Shown piece after piece: positions 21,986 to 33,055 of a stretch of DNA of 64,000 bases. The translations under genes were made by a program, and so were the position numbers. This stretch comes from Candidatus Omnitrophota bacterium (lineage in GTDB: Bacteria > Omnitrophota > Gorgyraeia > Zapsychrales > Fredricksoniimonadaceae): positions 128,184-192,183 of the forward strand of contig JAGWKL010000003.1 of the NCBI GenBank assembly GCA_028865345.1. Direction: 5' to 3'. Below the pieces are notes generated by a model, which saw only the letters and a program-made list of their open reading frames with translations, did no database searches and was not told where the DNA came from. Within the stretch, counting starts at the first letter, position 1; every line of letters begins with the position of its first letter.

Positions 21986-22723
21986 ATGGCAACAGAATTG
22001 ATCAAGAAGCTTTTGGAAGCAGGTGTGCATTTCGGTCATCAAAGCCGCCGCTGGAATCCCAAGATGAGAAGGTTTATATTCGGGGAACGGGGCGGCATTT
22101 ATATTATTGACCTGGAAAAGACGGTGGACAGGCTCAATGCCGCCCGCGACGCCATCCGCGACATCGCCGCCCGGGGGGGCAAGATCCTTTTTGTGGGCAC
22201 CAAGAAGCAGGCCCAGCAGGTCATTGAAGAAGAGGCCCAGCGTGCCGGCATGTTTTATGTCAAGAACCGCTGGATGGGCGGGCTATTGACCAACCTGGAA
22301 ACCGTAAAGAAGTCCGTACGCAAGCTGGTTGATATAGAAAAGATGGAGGGTAATGGTACGGTCGACCGCCTGACTAAAAAAGAAGCCTCTTTATTAATGA
22401 AGGAAAAAGAGCATTTGATCCGAGATTTAGGCGGTATCCGGGAAATGGGCGTTGTCCCTCAGGGTGTTTTTATCGTGGACACCAAAAAAGAAGAGATTGC
22501 CGTGGCCGAGGCCAATCGCTTGGGCATCCCGGTTTTTGGTCTGATCGATACCAACTCCGACCCTGATCTGGTCCAATATCCCATTCCCGGCAATGACGAT
22601 GCCGTCAAATCCATTAAATTCATCACCGGCTTGATGGTGGACAGTGTTCTCGAAGGGCAGAAAGAATATTTGGCAGGCAAGAAAATACAACAGGCGTCCC
22701 AGAACCAGGAAGTGACGGTATGA
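21986..22723 (+). CDS. rpsB: 30S ribosomal protein S2
   Basis: LLEAGVHFGH, WNPKM, GTKKQA, RWMGG, PGNDDA. Confidence 0.98.
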   Translation: MATELIKKLLEAGVHFGHQSRRWNPKMRRFIFGERGGIYIIDLEKTVDRLNAARDAIRDIAARGGKILFVGTKKQAQQVIEEEAQRAGMFYVKNRWMGGLLTNLETVKKSVRKLVDIEKMEGNGTVDRLTKKEASLLMKEKEHLIRDLGGIREMGVVPQGVFIVDTKKEEIAVAEANRLGIPVFGLIDTNSDPDLVQYPIPGNDDAVKSIKFITGLMVDSVLEGQKEYLAGKKIQQASQNQEVTV

Positions 22724-23247
22724 TCATGACGACAGCAGACGACATCAAGCGTTTAAGGGAAGAGACTTCCTGCGGAGTTATTGATTGTAAAAAGGCCCTG
22801 GAAGAGGCCAAGGGGGATTTTGGCAAGGCCAAGGAACTTTTGCGTAAAAAAGGCCTTGAGATGGCGGCCAAAAAAAGCGACCGCGTGGCCAGAGAAGGCC
22901 GCGTGGAGGCGTATATCCATAACGGCAACAAGATCGGGGTCGTGGTGGAGGTCAATTGCGAAACGGATTTTGTGGCCCGTAATGAGGATTTTTGCCGGTT
23001 CACGCGCGAGGTGGCCCTTCATATAGCCGCCATGAATCCGAGATATATAAGGAAAGAAGATGCCCCTGCCGAGGTGTTGAGCAGGGAAGCGGACAAGGAA
23101 GCCTATATCAAGGCCAATTGTCTTTTATCCCAGGCCTATGTCAAAGATCCGGGTAAAACCATCCAGGATCTATTGAATGAGCTGGTGGCCAAGATCGGCG
23201 AAAATATCATGATAGGCCGTTTCGTGCGCTTCAAGGTCGGAGAGTAA
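22720..23247 (+). CDS. tsf: Elongation factor Ts (very short form)
   Basis: [16 protein letters not shown]; between rpsB and pyrH. Confidence 0.96.
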   Translation: MIMTTADDIKRLREETSCGVIDCKKALEEAKGDFGKAKELLRKKGLEMAAKKSDRVAREGRVEAYIHNGNKIGVVVEVNCETDFVARNEDFCRFTREVALHIAAMNPRYIRKEDAPAEVLSREADKEAYIKANCLLSQAYVKDPGKTIQDLLNELVAKIGENIMIGRFVRFKVGE

Positions 23248-23969
23248 TGTTGAAAAAAGAACCTGTTTATAAAAGGGTTTTGTTGAAGTTAAGCGGGGAA
23301 GCTTTGTTGGGGCGCCAGCAGCACGGCATTGACACTGAAATGTGCGCTTCACTGGCCGCCCAGATCAAGGAAGTCCACGAGGCCGGCGTCCAAATGGCGC
23401 TGGTGGTCGGCGGGGGCAATATTTTCCGCGGCCGCGTGGAAAGCGAACGTTTCGGCCTGGACCGTTCGGTCGCGGATTATATGGGGATGCTTGCGACCGT
23501 CATGAACGGCCTGGCGTTGCAAAATTCCCTGGAGCAGTTAGGGGTTCAAACGAGGGTCATGACGGCCATTCAAATGCATGCCGTTGCCGAACCTTACATT
23601 TTACGCCGGGCCATCCGCCATCTTGAGAAGCGCCGTGTGGTCATTTTTGTGGCAGGCACCGGAAATCCGTATTTTACGACGGACACGGCAGCGGCCCTGC
23701 GGGCCACGGAGATCGGCTGCGATGTGATCATCAAAGCCACCAAGGTCGATGGTGTTTATTCCGCCGACCCTCTCAAGCACAAAGGGGCCAAAAAGTTCAA
23801 GAGTTTGAAATTCATTGACGTGTTGAAGAAAGATTTAAAGGTCATGGATGCAACCGCCATCAGCATGTGCATGGACAACGGCCTTCCCATTGTTGTGTTT
23901 AATCTTTTGCAAAAAGGGAATATTAAAAAGGTTATCTATGGCGACGGCATAGGAACGGTCGTCCGGTAG
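23247..23969 (+). CDS. pyrH: UMP kinase
   Basis: [26 protein letters not shown]. Confidence 0.98.
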   Translation: MLKKEPVYKRVLLKLSGEALLGRQQHGIDTEMCASLAAQIKEVHEAGVQMALVVGGGNIFRGRVESERFGLDRSVADYMGMLATVMNGLALQNSLEQLGVQTRVMTAIQMHAVAEPYILRRAIRHLEKRRVVIFVAGTGNPYFTTDTAAALRATEIGCDVIIKATKVDGVYSADPLKHKGAKKFKSLKFIDVLKKDLKVMDATAISMCMDNGLPIVVFNLLQKGNIKKVIYGDGIGTVVR

Positions 23970-23978
23970 GAGGCGTAT

Positions 23979-24539
23979 ATGACTGCCAAAGAAATATTAA
24001 AAGAGACTGAAGGCAAGATGAAGAAGACCATGGAGACGGTGTTACGCGAGTTTTCCGAGGTCCGTACCGGCCGCGCCCAACCCGCCTTGGTGGAGGACAT
24101 GCATATCAATTATTATGAAACCTCGACTCCCATCAAGCAGCTGGCCGCGGTGTCTTCTCCTGATCCCCGGCAAATACTGGTCCAACCCTGGGATTCCAAC
24201 GCCATTAGAGATATTGAAGAAGCGATCCTGAATTCCAAATTGGGGGTTACGCCCTCCAATGACGGTAAGTTTATCCGGTTGGTCTTCCCGCCGTTGTCCA
24301 CTGAACGCCGGGAAGAGTTCATTAAGGTCTGCAAAGACATGGCTGAGCGCGGGCGGGTCACCTTGCGTACCATCCGGCGGGATGCCAATGATAAGATCAA
24401 AAAGATGTTAAGCGAAGGTCATGTCAGCGAAGACGAAAAGTTCAAAGGCGAAGAAGAAGTGCAAAAAATGACCGACCGCTTCATCAAAGAGATAGATGCT
24501 CTGCTGGAGCGAAAAAGCAAAGAGTTGCGGGAAGTATAG
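23979..24539 (+). CDS. frr: Ribosome recycling factor
   Basis: RTGRA, QPWD, PPLSTERR, IRRDAN. Confidence 0.97.
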   Translation: MTAKEILKETEGKMKKTMETVLREFSEVRTGRAQPALVEDMHINYYETSTPIKQLAAVSSPDPRQILVQPWDSNAIRDIEEAILNSKLGVTPSNDGKFIRLVFPPLSTERREEFIKVCKDMAERGRVTLRTIRRDANDKIKKMLSEGHVSEDEKFKGEEEVQKMTDRFIKEIDALLERKSKELREV

Positions 24540-24556
24540 AGCGCCCCAAGGATTTC

Positions 24557-24633
24557 GACCCACTAGCTCATCCGGTTAGAGCACTACACTTTTAATGTAG
24601 GGGTGCCGCGTTCGAGTCGCGGGTGGGTCACCA
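24557..24633 (+). tRNA. tRNA-Lys(TTT)
   Basis: Acceptor GACCCAC/GTGGGTC, anticodon arm CTACA-CTTTTAA-TGTAG, CCA. Confidence 0.95.
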
Positions 24634-24666
24634 TGATTGAGGTAAAGTGAAACCGCTCTCGTGAAG

Positions 24667-24747
24667 GGGCGGGTGGCGGAATGGCAGACGCGCATGCCTT
24701 AGGAGCATGTGGGGAAACCCGTGGAGGTTCAAGTCCTCTCCCGCCCA
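24667..24747 (+). tRNA. tRNA-Leu(TAG), CCA not encoded
   Basis: Acceptor GGGCGGG/CCCGCCC, CATGC-CTTAGGA-GCATG, variable arm. Confidence 0.94.
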
Positions 24748-24774
24748 CTTTGGTTCTTTAATACATTGAAAGAT

Positions 24775-24850
24775 GCGGCGGTAATTCAGTTGGTAGAATG
24801 CCACCTTGCCAAGGTGGATGTCACCGGTTCAAGCCCGGTCCGCCGCTCCA
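24775..24850 (+). tRNA. tRNA-Gly(GCC)
   Basis: GCGGCGG/CCGCCGC acceptor, CCACC-TTGCCAA-GGTGG, TCCA. Confidence 0.95.
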
Positions 24851-24873
24851 ATTTTTAATCGTTTGGAGAGATC

Positions 24874-25344
24874 ATGAAAATCAGCGACTTTTTACGCAAG
24901 GAAGCAGTTTGTACGGAACTAAAATCCGAGACCAAGGCCGAAGTCATTTTAGAAATGGTGGGGATCCTGGTCGATAACGGGATCATTGAAAAGAAGTACA
25001 AGAACAAGATTGTTGAGGGTTTGATGGCCCGGGAAGCCCTGGGCTCCACGGCCATAGGGCAGGGGATTGCCATCCCTCACACCAAATCAGATACCGTAAG
25101 CGAACTCATTTCCGCTTTAGCCATCAGTAAAACGGGTGTCAATTTCGATTCTCTCGACGGAGAACCGGCGCATATTTTTTTCCTTTTGATCGCACCCTCT
25201 GATTCCGCCGGCCCGCATTTAAAGGCTCTTGCACGGGTCTCACGCCTGTTGAAGGACAAATTTTTCCGCGACAGCCTCAAAAACACCAAGACAGCCAAAG
25301 AGGTCATGGACCTGGTTGCGCAGGAAGATGCGCGCATCGGCTGA
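24874..25344 (+). CDS. ptsN: PTS EIIA (Ntr/fructose-type)
   Basis: REALGSTAIGQGIAIPH, HLKALARVSRLL. Confidence 0.85.
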   Translation: MKISDFLRKEAVCTELKSETKAEVILEMVGILVDNGIIEKKYKNKIVEGLMAREALGSTAIGQGIAIPHTKSDTVSELISALAISKTGVNFDSLDGEPAHIFFLLIAPSDSAGPHLKALARVSRLLKDKFFRDSLKNTKTAKEVMDLVAQEDARIG

Positions 25345-25359
25345 AAAGCTTTTTAGCTC

Positions 25360-26604
25360 ATGTCTCAAAATTTTTCTAAATGGCTTTATCCGGGCATTAA
25401 GGTCAAACGCTGGGTGTTTGCCTCTCTGTTCGGGGTCGTCGTCGTAGGTGTCGGCGCTGTTTATGCGGCGTACCCTTATCCTTTTGTCCAGACCTTTGGG
25501 GTTGTCATCATCCTGTGCGGCATTGTTTTTATCGTGCTGGGCATGGGGAAAATGATCATCTCGTTGTTGACTCTTTTTTTGCCGCAGCGCGAGCGGGACA
25601 TCGTGGATATTCTTTACCGGCGCCGTTTTCTGGAGCGCGGCCCCAAGGTGGTTGCTATCGGAGGGGGCCATGGCCTGTCGCATTTGCTCCTTGCCCTGAA
25701 AGCATACACTGCCAATTTGACGGCCATCGTCACCGTCGCCGACAGCGGCGGATCCTCGGGCCGGCTGCGCCAGCAGTTCAATATCGTCGCGCCCGGAGAC
25801 ATACGCAACTGCCTGGTGGCCCTGGCCGATACGCCGGCATTGATGGGGGAGCTTTTTCAATACCGTTTTGCCGAAGGAGGGGGGCTTAAAGGGCATAGTT
25901 TCGGGAATTTGTTTTTGACCGCCATGGTGCAGATCACCAACGGGGATTTTAAAAGGGCGGTGGAGGAGTCCAGCAAGGTCCTGGCGGTCCGTGGGAAGGT
26001 GATCCCTTCGACGGTACACAACGTGCATTTGGTGGCCGAGTATATGGACGGGACGGTCACCCAGGGTGAAGCCAAAATCCCCCAGGCCAATGCCGTGATC
26101 AAGCGCCTGTCCCTGACCCCTGAAGACGCCCGGCCGACGGATGATGCCCTGACGGCCATTGCCCAGGCCGACATTATTGTGATGGGGCCCGGAAGCCTGT
26201 ACACGAGTATTTTGCCGAACCTGATCATTAAAGGCATGGCTGATGCCGTGGCCACGTCGCCGGCCTACAAAATTTATGTTTGTAACGTGATGACGCAGCA
26301 GGGTGAAACGGACAATTTCTCCGCTTCTGATCACCTGAGGGTTCTTTTGGAACATACCAACCCTAAATTGGTGGATGCCTGTTTGATCAATGACGCGGTG
26401 GTCAGCAATGAGGAAGCTCTCAACCGCTACCGCCAGGAGAACGCTTATCCGGTGGCGGCGGACAGCGACCGCATTAAAGCGATGGGAATCAAGGTGGTTG
26501 CCGCCGATCTTTTAAGCGTCGCTGATTATGTCCGGCATGATTCCAAGAAATTGACCCAGGCGCTCATAAGATTGATCGAGACCCAGAGGGTCATTAAAAG
26601 ATGA
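25360..26604 (+). CDS. YvcK/GlmR family protein with N-terminal TM segments
   Basis: IGGGHGL, VADSGGSSGRLR, PGDIRN, GHSFGN, GPGSLYTS. Confidence 0.92.
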   Translation: MSQNFSKWLYPGIKVKRWVFASLFGVVVVGVGAVYAAYPYPFVQTFGVVIILCGIVFIVLGMGKMIISLLTLFLPQRERDIVDILYRRRFLERGPKVVAIGGGHGLSHLLLALKAYTANLTAIVTVADSGGSSGRLRQQFNIVAPGDIRNCLVALADTPALMGELFQYRFAEGGGLKGHSFGNLFLTAMVQITNGDFKRAVEESSKVLAVRGKVIPSTVHNVHLVAEYMDGTVTQGEAKIPQANAVIKRLSLTPEDARPTDDALTAIAQADIIVMGPGSLYTSILPNLIIKGMADAVATSPAYKIYVCNVMTQQGETDNFSASDHLRVLLEHTNPKLVDACLINDAVVSNEEALNRYRQENAYPVAADSDRIKAMGIKVVAADLLSVADYVRHDSKKLTQALIRLIETQRVIKR

Positions 26605-26609
26605 TCATT

Positions 26610-26888
26610 ATGCATAAACTTGAAAAAGAGCTGACCGTGCTCAATAAAAAAGGCCTGCATGCCCGGCCGGCCGCCCTGTTTGTGGGCTTGGCCGAAAAAT
26701 ATGGCGTGACCGTGACAGTGGCCAAAGGCTCGGAAACGGTCAATGGCGCCTCGATCATGGGGCTTTTGATGTTGGGGGCTGTGGAAGGCACTGTGCTGAA
26801 AATCACCGTTGAAGGTGACAGGGCCCAAGAGGCCATGGCCGGGTTTGAGGATTTTTTTAATAAACAAGATGAAGAATTGCCCTCATGA
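26610..26888 (+). CDS. ptsH: HPr phosphocarrier
   Basis: GLHARPA, NGASIMGLLML. Confidence 0.94.
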   Translation: MHKLEKELTVLNKKGLHARPAALFVGLAEKYGVTVTVAKGSETVNGASIMGLLMLGAVEGTVLKITVEGDRAQEAMAGFEDFFNKQDEELPS

Positions 26889-28627
26889 GTGAGATCGTTT
26901 TAAAAGGTATCCCCGCGGCGCCCGGCATTGCCTATGGTCCGTCCTTTATTCTGGACAAAGGCGAATTCATTGTGCCCAAGCGTTCCATTGCCACTTCTGA
27001 AGTCAATTCTGAAATCGCCCGTTTTGAAGAGGCCGTTCACAATGCAAGGCTGGAGATCCAGGCTCTGAAAACCAAGATCACCAAGGACATGGGCGCGGCG
27101 CATGCGCGGATCTTTGATGCGCACCTTTTGGTCCTGCAGGATGCCACCTTGATCGACCAGGTCACCGCCGACATACGCAAGCACAAGACCTCCGCGGAAT
27201 ATGTTTTCATCAAGATCATCAAGAAATTCGTTGAAGCGTTCACCAAACTCCCGGATGAATATCTGCGTGAGCGCGCCGCCGATGTCAGCGATATCAGCCG
27301 GCGGGTCCTGAAATATTTGATGGATGAAAGCAAGCTCCATGATCTGGAGCTTTTGCAGGACGATTTGATCGTGGTGGCGCATGAGCTGTCTCCGTCGGAT
27401 GCGGTGAGCATGTATAATAAAAAGATCAAGGGCTTTTTGACGGACATCGGCGGAAGGACCTCCCATACGGCCATTATCGCCAAATCCTTGGGCGTTCCCG
27501 CCGTGGTGGGCTTGAAAGACGCGACCTTGAAGATCGATAACCAGGACCCTGTGATCGTGGACGGGCAAAAAGGCCTGGTCATCATCAACCCCTCCCATGA
27601 AACCAAGGAACAATATATTAAAGAGCAGCACAAGATCACGGCGACCCTGGAAAAGCTGGACGATTTAAAGAATTTACCGGCCCAAACCCTGGACGGCAAA
27701 AACATCTGCATTATGGCCAACCTGGAATTGTCCTCGGAAATCCCGGTCGTACGCAAGTACGGGGCCGAGGGGGTGGGACTTTACCGCACCGAGTTTTTAT
27801 ACATGAACCGCCTGGATTTGCCTTCGGAAGAAGAGCAATATCAAGCCTACAGCCAGGTGGCGCGTGCCGTGGCGCCTTGTCCCGTCACCATAAGGACCCT
27901 TGATTTGGGCGGAGACAAATTTATTTCCAGCGTGCAGATCCCGCATGACATGACCCCTTTTTTAGGGTGCCGGGCCATCCGTTTTTGCCTTGAACGGCCG
28001 GATATTTTCAAAACACAACTCAGGGCCATTTTACGCGCTTCCGTGCACGGCCGGATCCAGATGATGTATCCCATGATCTGCGGTTTGGGGGAATTACGGC
28101 AGGCCAATGCCATTCTCAATGAGGTGAGAACGTCCTTAAAGGATGAGAAGATCCCTTTTGATGAGAAAATGAAGGTCGGTATCATGATTGAAGTGCCCTC
28201 GGCGGTGATGACGGCCGAGGCCCTGGCCCGCGAGACCGACTTTTTTTCCATCGGCACAAATGATCTCATCCAGTACACTCTCGCCGTTGACCGTGTCAAT
28301 GAAAAGACGGCCCATCTCTATGAACCCACGCATCCGGCGGTCATTAAAATGATACAAAAAACCATCGATGCCGGTCATAATGAAGGCCTGCATGTGGCCC
28401 TGTGCGGGGAAATGGCTTCAGACCCTTTGCTGGCTTTTTTACTTTTGGGCATGGGGATCGATGAATTGAGCATGTCCGCGGCGAGCATTTTGACCGTCAA
28501 GCGGATGATACGCGGCGTGAAACTGCAGGATGCCCAGCGTACGGCCTACGAGGCCATGCAATTGGCTACGGGCCAGGAAGTTGAAGAGTATATTGATGTC
28601 CAAATCCGCAGGCACATGGCCGGTTAG
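26885..28627 (+). CDS. ptsI: PEP-protein phosphotransferase (Enzyme I)
   Basis: GGRTSHTAI, GLYRTEF, FSIGTNDL, LCGE. Confidence 0.96.
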   Translation: MSEIVLKGIPAAPGIAYGPSFILDKGEFIVPKRSIATSEVNSEIARFEEAVHNARLEIQALKTKITKDMGAAHARIFDAHLLVLQDATLIDQVTADIRKHKTSAEYVFIKIIKKFVEAFTKLPDEYLRERAADVSDISRRVLKYLMDESKLHDLELLQDDLIVVAHELSPSDAVSMYNKKIKGFLTDIGGRTSHTAIIAKSLGVPAVVGLKDATLKIDNQDPVIVDGQKGLVIINPSHETKEQYIKEQHKITATLEKLDDLKNLPAQTLDGKNICIMANLELSSEIPVVRKYGAEGVGLYRTEFLYMNRLDLPSEEEQYQAYSQVARAVAPCPVTIRTLDLGGDKFISSVQIPHDMTPFLGCRAIRFCLERPDIFKTQLRAILRASVHGRIQMMYPMICGLGELRQANAILNEVRTSLKDEKIPFDEKMKVGIMIEVPSAVMTAEALARETDFFSIGTNDLIQYTLAVDRVNEKTAHLYEPTHPAVIKMIQKTIDAGHNEGLHVALCGEMASDPLLAFLLLGMGIDELSMSAASILTVKRMIRGVKLQDAQRTAYEAMQLATGQEVEEYIDVQIRRHMAG

Positions 28628-28636
28628 GAGATTTTC

Positions 28637-29368
28637 ATGAAAGCTTTGATTTTAGCGGCCGGTTACGGCACGCGGCTCGCGTCGGTGGCCAAAGATACGC
28701 CCAAACCCTTGATCACTGTAGGCGCAAGGCCTTTGGTGGATTATGTGGTGGATAAACTGCAGGGTATCAAGGCATTGGATGAGATCGTCGTCGTCAGCAA
28801 TAATAAATTCGCGCCGCATTTTCAACAATGGGCGAAAGGGCATAGGGGGCTGCCCATCCGCGTCGTTAACGACGGCACAAATGCGCCCGAAGAGCGCTTG
28901 GGGTCCGTGGGGGACATGCATTTTGTCTGGCAAAAGGAAACTTCGCCCTGCGACTGGCTGGTCATCGGCGGGGACAACCTTTTTGACGGCGAGGTTTCCC
29001 ATTTTGTTGATTTTGCGGTTTCCAAAGATCCTGCGGTCACCATCGGCATTTTCGATATCCATGATATCAAGGCGGCCACCAAGTTCGGGGTATTGGGCGT
29101 TGATGCCCAACACAAGGTCGTCAGCTTTCAGGAAAAACCGGAAAAACCCGTCTCCAGCCTTATCACCATGTGTTTATATTATTTCCCCCGCCCAACGCTT
29201 AAATTTCTACCGGAATATTTAAAAGAGTCCAAGGCCGTGGATGCGGCCGGAAGTTACATCAAGTGGCTGTCTGAAAATAAGGCGGTTTACGGTTTTCAAT
29301 TTACGGGCAAGTGGTATGATATCGGGAGCATTGAATCCCTGGAAGAAGCCAGGCGGGCATTTTCATAA
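28637..29368 (+). CDS. Sugar-phosphate nucleotidyltransferase family protein
   Basis: [24 protein letters not shown]. Confidence 0.88.
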   Translation: MKALILAAGYGTRLASVAKDTPKPLITVGARPLVDYVVDKLQGIKALDEIVVVSNNKFAPHFQQWAKGHRGLPIRVVNDGTNAPEERLGSVGDMHFVWQKETSPCDWLVIGGDNLFDGEVSHFVDFAVSKDPAVTIGIFDIHDIKAATKFGVLGVDAQHKVVSFQEKPEKPVSSLITMCLYYFPRPTLKFLPEYLKESKAVDAAGSYIKWLSENKAVYGFQFTGKWYDIGSIESLEEARRAFS

Positions 29369-29400
29369 AACAAATTCAATTTTTTAGAAAGGTGGTAGGC

Positions 29401-30552
29401 GTGAAAGGGCGTTATCTTTTTACCTCAGAATCGGTGGGCAACGGCCATCCGGATAAAGTGTGTGATCAAATTTCAGATGCGGTCCTGGATGCGGTTTTTA
29501 AGGACGATCCTCATGGCCGTGTGGCGTGTGAGACTTTTTGTTCCACGGGCCTGGTCATTGTGGGCGGCGAAATCACCACGACCACCTATGTGGATGTCCA
29601 TAAACTGGTCCGCCAGGTCCTTTTGGACATCGGCTACAACCATCCTAAATACGGTTTTGACGCCAACACCTGTTCCATTCTAAATGCCATCAACAAGCAG
29701 TCGCCGGACATTTCACAAGGAGTTGATGCCGGGGGCGCGGGGGACCAGGGCATTATGTTCGGGTATGCCAGCAATGAAACCCCTGAGATGATGCCTTTGG
29801 CCATCACCCTGGCCCATCATTTGGTCAAACGGATCGAAGTTGTGCGCAAGAGCGGCATTTTGAAATACCTGGGACCGGATTGCAAATCCCAGGTGACCAT
29901 CGAATACGAAGATGATAAGCCCATCCGCGTCGATGCCGTGGTCCTCGCCTGCCAGCATACGGAAGAGATTTTGGACAAGACCGGCAAGCGCATCACCCAA
30001 AAGGCCAAACAGGAGATCATTAAAACGATCGCTCATCCCATTGTCGGCAAGTTGATCGACAAGCAAACCAAATTTTATGTCAATGAAACGGGCAAGTTTG
30101 TCGTCGGCGGACCTCAATCCGACACCGGCGTCACCGGGCGCAAGATCATTGTGGACACCTACGGCGGTGTCGTGCCGCACGGGGGCGGAGCCTTCTCCGG
30201 CAAAGACCCGACCAAGGTGGACCGTTCTGCGGCCTACATGGCGCGTTATATCTGCAAAAATATCGTGGCTGCGGGCCTGGCTCACCGGTGCATGCTGCAA
30301 CTCGGTTATGCCATAGGGTTTCCCCAGCCTGTTTCCCTGATGGTGGATACCTACGGCACGGGCAAGATTTCCGAACAGTATCTTGTCCAGCTGGTGCGCA
30401 AGCACTTTGACCTTTCGCCGAGAGGAATCATCAAGACCTTGGATTTACGGCGGCCAATTTATTTAAAAACAGCCTCTTATGGCCACTTCGGCCGTTTTGG
30501 ATTTCCCTGGGAAAAAACCGACAAAGTTTCGGCCTTAAAGAAAGACGCTTAG
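29401..30552 (+). CDS. metK: S-adenosylmethionine synthetase
   Basis: [26 protein letters not shown]. Confidence 0.98.
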   Translation: MKGRYLFTSESVGNGHPDKVCDQISDAVLDAVFKDDPHGRVACETFCSTGLVIVGGEITTTTYVDVHKLVRQVLLDIGYNHPKYGFDANTCSILNAINKQSPDISQGVDAGGAGDQGIMFGYASNETPEMMPLAITLAHHLVKRIEVVRKSGILKYLGPDCKSQVTIEYEDDKPIRVDAVVLACQHTEEILDKTGKRITQKAKQEIIKTIAHPIVGKLIDKQTKFYVNETGKFVVGGPQSDTGVTGRKIIVDTYGGVVPHGGGAFSGKDPTKVDRSAAYMARYICKNIVAAGLAHRCMLQLGYAIGFPQPVSLMVDTYGTGKISEQYLVQLVRKHFDLSPRGIIKTLDLRRPIYLKTASYGHFGRFGFPWEKTDKVSALKKDA

Positions 30553-30569
30553 AGGGAAACAACCATTCG

Positions 30570-31907
30570 ATGACCAAGAAAGAGGGAATATTGGGAGAGA
30601 CGACATTGAAAGCTAATGATTATAAAGTCAAGGACATGGGGCTCGCTTCCTGGGGGCGCAAAGAAATCGAGATCGCCCAAACCGAAATGCCGGGCTTGAT
30701 GGCCGTACGCGAAGAATACAAGGCCGGGCAGCCGTTGAAAGGCGCACGCATTGCCGGCTGCATCCACATGACCATCGAGACTGCGGTGTTGATCGAGACC
30801 CTGATTAAATTAGGCGCGCAGGTGCGCTGGTCATCCTGCAATATTTTCTCCACCCAGGACCATGCGGCCGCTGCCATCGCTGCGGCCGGAATTCCGGTAT
30901 TTGCCTGGAAAGGGGAAAGTCTTGAGGAGTATGATTGGTGCATCGAACAGACCATTTATTGGCCGGACGGTCAGGGGCCCAACATGATTTTGGATGACGG
31001 TGGAGACCTGACCAAAATGGTCCATGAAAAATATCCGCAATATTTAAAAGATATCCGTGGGCTTTCGGAAGAGACCACCACCGGAGTCCATCGCCTCTAT
31101 GAAATGATGAAAAACAAGACATTGAAGGTGCCGGCCATGAATGTCAATGATTCGGTCACCAAGTCCAAGTTCGATAATTTGTACGGCTGCCGCGAATCCC
31201 TGATCGACGGCATCAAGCGTGCCACGGACCGCATGATCGCGGGCAAGGTTTGCGTGGTCGCCGGTTACGGGGACGTGGGCAAGGGCTGCGTTCAGTCTTT
31301 TAAAGGTTTGGGCGGGCGCATCATTGTCACGGAGATCGATCCCATATGTGCTTTGCAGGCGGCCATGGAAGGCTATCAGGTCATGCCCATGAACGAAGCG
31401 GCCAAGATCGGCGATATTTTTGTCACTGCCACCGGTTGCATTCATGTCATAACGGCCAAACATCTGGACGCCATGAAGAGCGGGGCGATTGTCTGCAATA
31501 TCGGGCATTTTGATTCCGAAATCGAAATCGCGTATTTGAACGACCGTAAGGACATCAAAAAAGTGCAGATCAAACCCCAGGTCGATGAATACATTTATCC
31601 AAACGGCAAGAAGGTCGTTGTCCTGGCCGAAGGCAGGCTCGTCAATTTAGGTTGCGCCATGGGGCACCCGTCCTTCGTCATGAGCAATTCCTTCACCAAC
31701 CAGGTCCTGGCCCAGATGGAACTTTGGCAAAACGGGCATAAATACGAACATAAGGTTTATACGCTGCCCAAGCACCTGGATGAAAAAGTGGCCGGCCTGC
31801 ATTTGGCCAAGGTCGGCGCCAGGCTTGACGTGCTGACTGCAGAGCAGGCCCAATATTTAGGCGTCAGCCCCCAGGGACCTTTTAAGCCCGATCATTACCG
31901 CTATTAA
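30570..31907 (+). CDS. ahcY: Adenosylhomocysteinase
   Basis: [29 protein letters not shown]. Confidence 0.98.
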   Translation: MTKKEGILGETTLKANDYKVKDMGLASWGRKEIEIAQTEMPGLMAVREEYKAGQPLKGARIAGCIHMTIETAVLIETLIKLGAQVRWSSCNIFSTQDHAAAAIAAAGIPVFAWKGESLEEYDWCIEQTIYWPDGQGPNMILDDGGDLTKMVHEKYPQYLKDIRGLSEETTTGVHRLYEMMKNKTLKVPAMNVNDSVTKSKFDNLYGCRESLIDGIKRATDRMIAGKVCVVAGYGDVGKGCVQSFKGLGGRIIVTEIDPICALQAAMEGYQVMPMNEAAKIGDIFVTATGCIHVITAKHLDAMKSGAIVCNIGHFDSEIEIAYLNDRKDIKKVQIKPQVDEYIYPNGKKVVVLAEGRLVNLGCAMGHPSFVMSNSFTNQVLAQMELWQNGHKYEHKVYTLPKHLDEKVAGLHLAKVGARLDVLTAEQAQYLGVSPQGPFKPDHYRY

Positions 31908-32029
31908 TTTATTATTTATGAGTTTTTTCCTGTCCTTGATGCTTCTGGTGATATAATAATCAAATTCTCTTATTTCAAACAGGTATAGGCCCAAACAGAA
32001 ATAGTGTTTTCAAGGTAGGAGTCTTTTTT

Positions 32030-33001
32030 ATGGCCAATAAAATCAAGAAGATCGGGATTTTGACCTCCGGCGGCGACGGCCCCGGCATGAACGCGGCCAT
32101 CCGTTCCGTGGTGCGCTATGCCCTGAATTATGACCTTGAAGTGGTGGGCATCATGCGCGGTTATCAGGGGCTTTTGGATGATGATATTGTCCCCATGAAC
32201 CACCGGTCGGTTTCCAATATCATCAATAAGGGCGGAACCATCTTGAAGACCGCCCGCTCCAAGGAATTTTCGACCGATGAAGGCAAGATGAAGGCCGCTG
32301 AGGTCCTGAGACGCAATGCCATCGATGCCTTGATCGTGGTTGGAGGCGACGGTTCCTATAGAGGCGCCAACCGTCTTTATGAATTGACGGGTATCCCTAC
32401 CATTGGTTTGCCGGGGACCATAGATAATGACCTCAACGGCACGGACCAGACCATCGGCTGTTCAACGGCCGTAAACACAGCCTTGGAATCCATCGATAAA
32501 ATCCGCGATACGGCCCAAAGTATGGAACGTATCTTTGTGGTTGAGGTCATGGGCAACAAATCGGGGTATATCGCCATGGAAGTTGCCCTTGCAGCCGGTG
32601 CGGAAGATGTTATAATACCTGAACGCCCTTTTGATTATAATGCCATGTATGATGAGGCCAGGGAAGGCAATGCCAAGGGCAAGATCAGTTGGATCATCGT
32701 GACGGCTGAAGGGGCTGCCAAGGCCCAGACCGTGGCGGAAAATATCACTACGGCCATAGGCCTGGAGACCCGTTACGCAGTTTTAGGTCACGTGCAGCGC
32801 GGCGGTACCCCCAGCGGGCAGGACAGGATCTTGTCCACGCGCCTGGGCGCTGCCGCGGTCGATCTTTTGCTCAACGGCATTTACGGAAAAGCGGTCGGTG
32901 TTTTGCAGGACAAGATCAACGTGGTTGACCTTAAAGATGCTACCCGCCGGATCCATGAGGACATGGACCGGCGTTATCAATTATTGAAAATTTTAACGTA
33001 A
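32030..33001 (+). CDS. pfkA: ATP-dependent 6-phosphofructokinase
   Basis: TSGGDGPGMN, GGDGS, GTIDND, EVMG, GHVQRGG. Confidence 0.95.
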   Translation: MANKIKKIGILTSGGDGPGMNAAIRSVVRYALNYDLEVVGIMRGYQGLLDDDIVPMNHRSVSNIINKGGTILKTARSKEFSTDEGKMKAAEVLRRNAIDALIVVGGDGSYRGANRLYELTGIPTIGLPGTIDNDLNGTDQTIGCSTAVNTALESIDKIRDTAQSMERIFVVEVMGNKSGYIAMEVALAAGAEDVIIPERPFDYNAMYDEAREGNAKGKISWIIVTAEGAAKAQTVAENITTAIGLETRYAVLGHVQRGGTPSGQDRILSTRLGAAAVDLLLNGIYGKAVGVLQDKINVVDLKDATRRIHEDMDRRYQLLKILT

Positions 33002-33055
33002 AGCCCCATCCTGTAGATAGCAACAAGCGGGGATTTAAGAAGGAGAGGCGGTCAC

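Noticed and set aside
25240-26355. 371-aa minus-strand ORF and many similar antisense or alternate-frame ORFs in the track
   Set aside because: Shadows of well-supported GC-rich genes, with no recognisable motifs
29369-30570. SAM/SAH riboswitch before metK or ahcY
   Set aside because: Intergenic gaps are only about 20-30 nt
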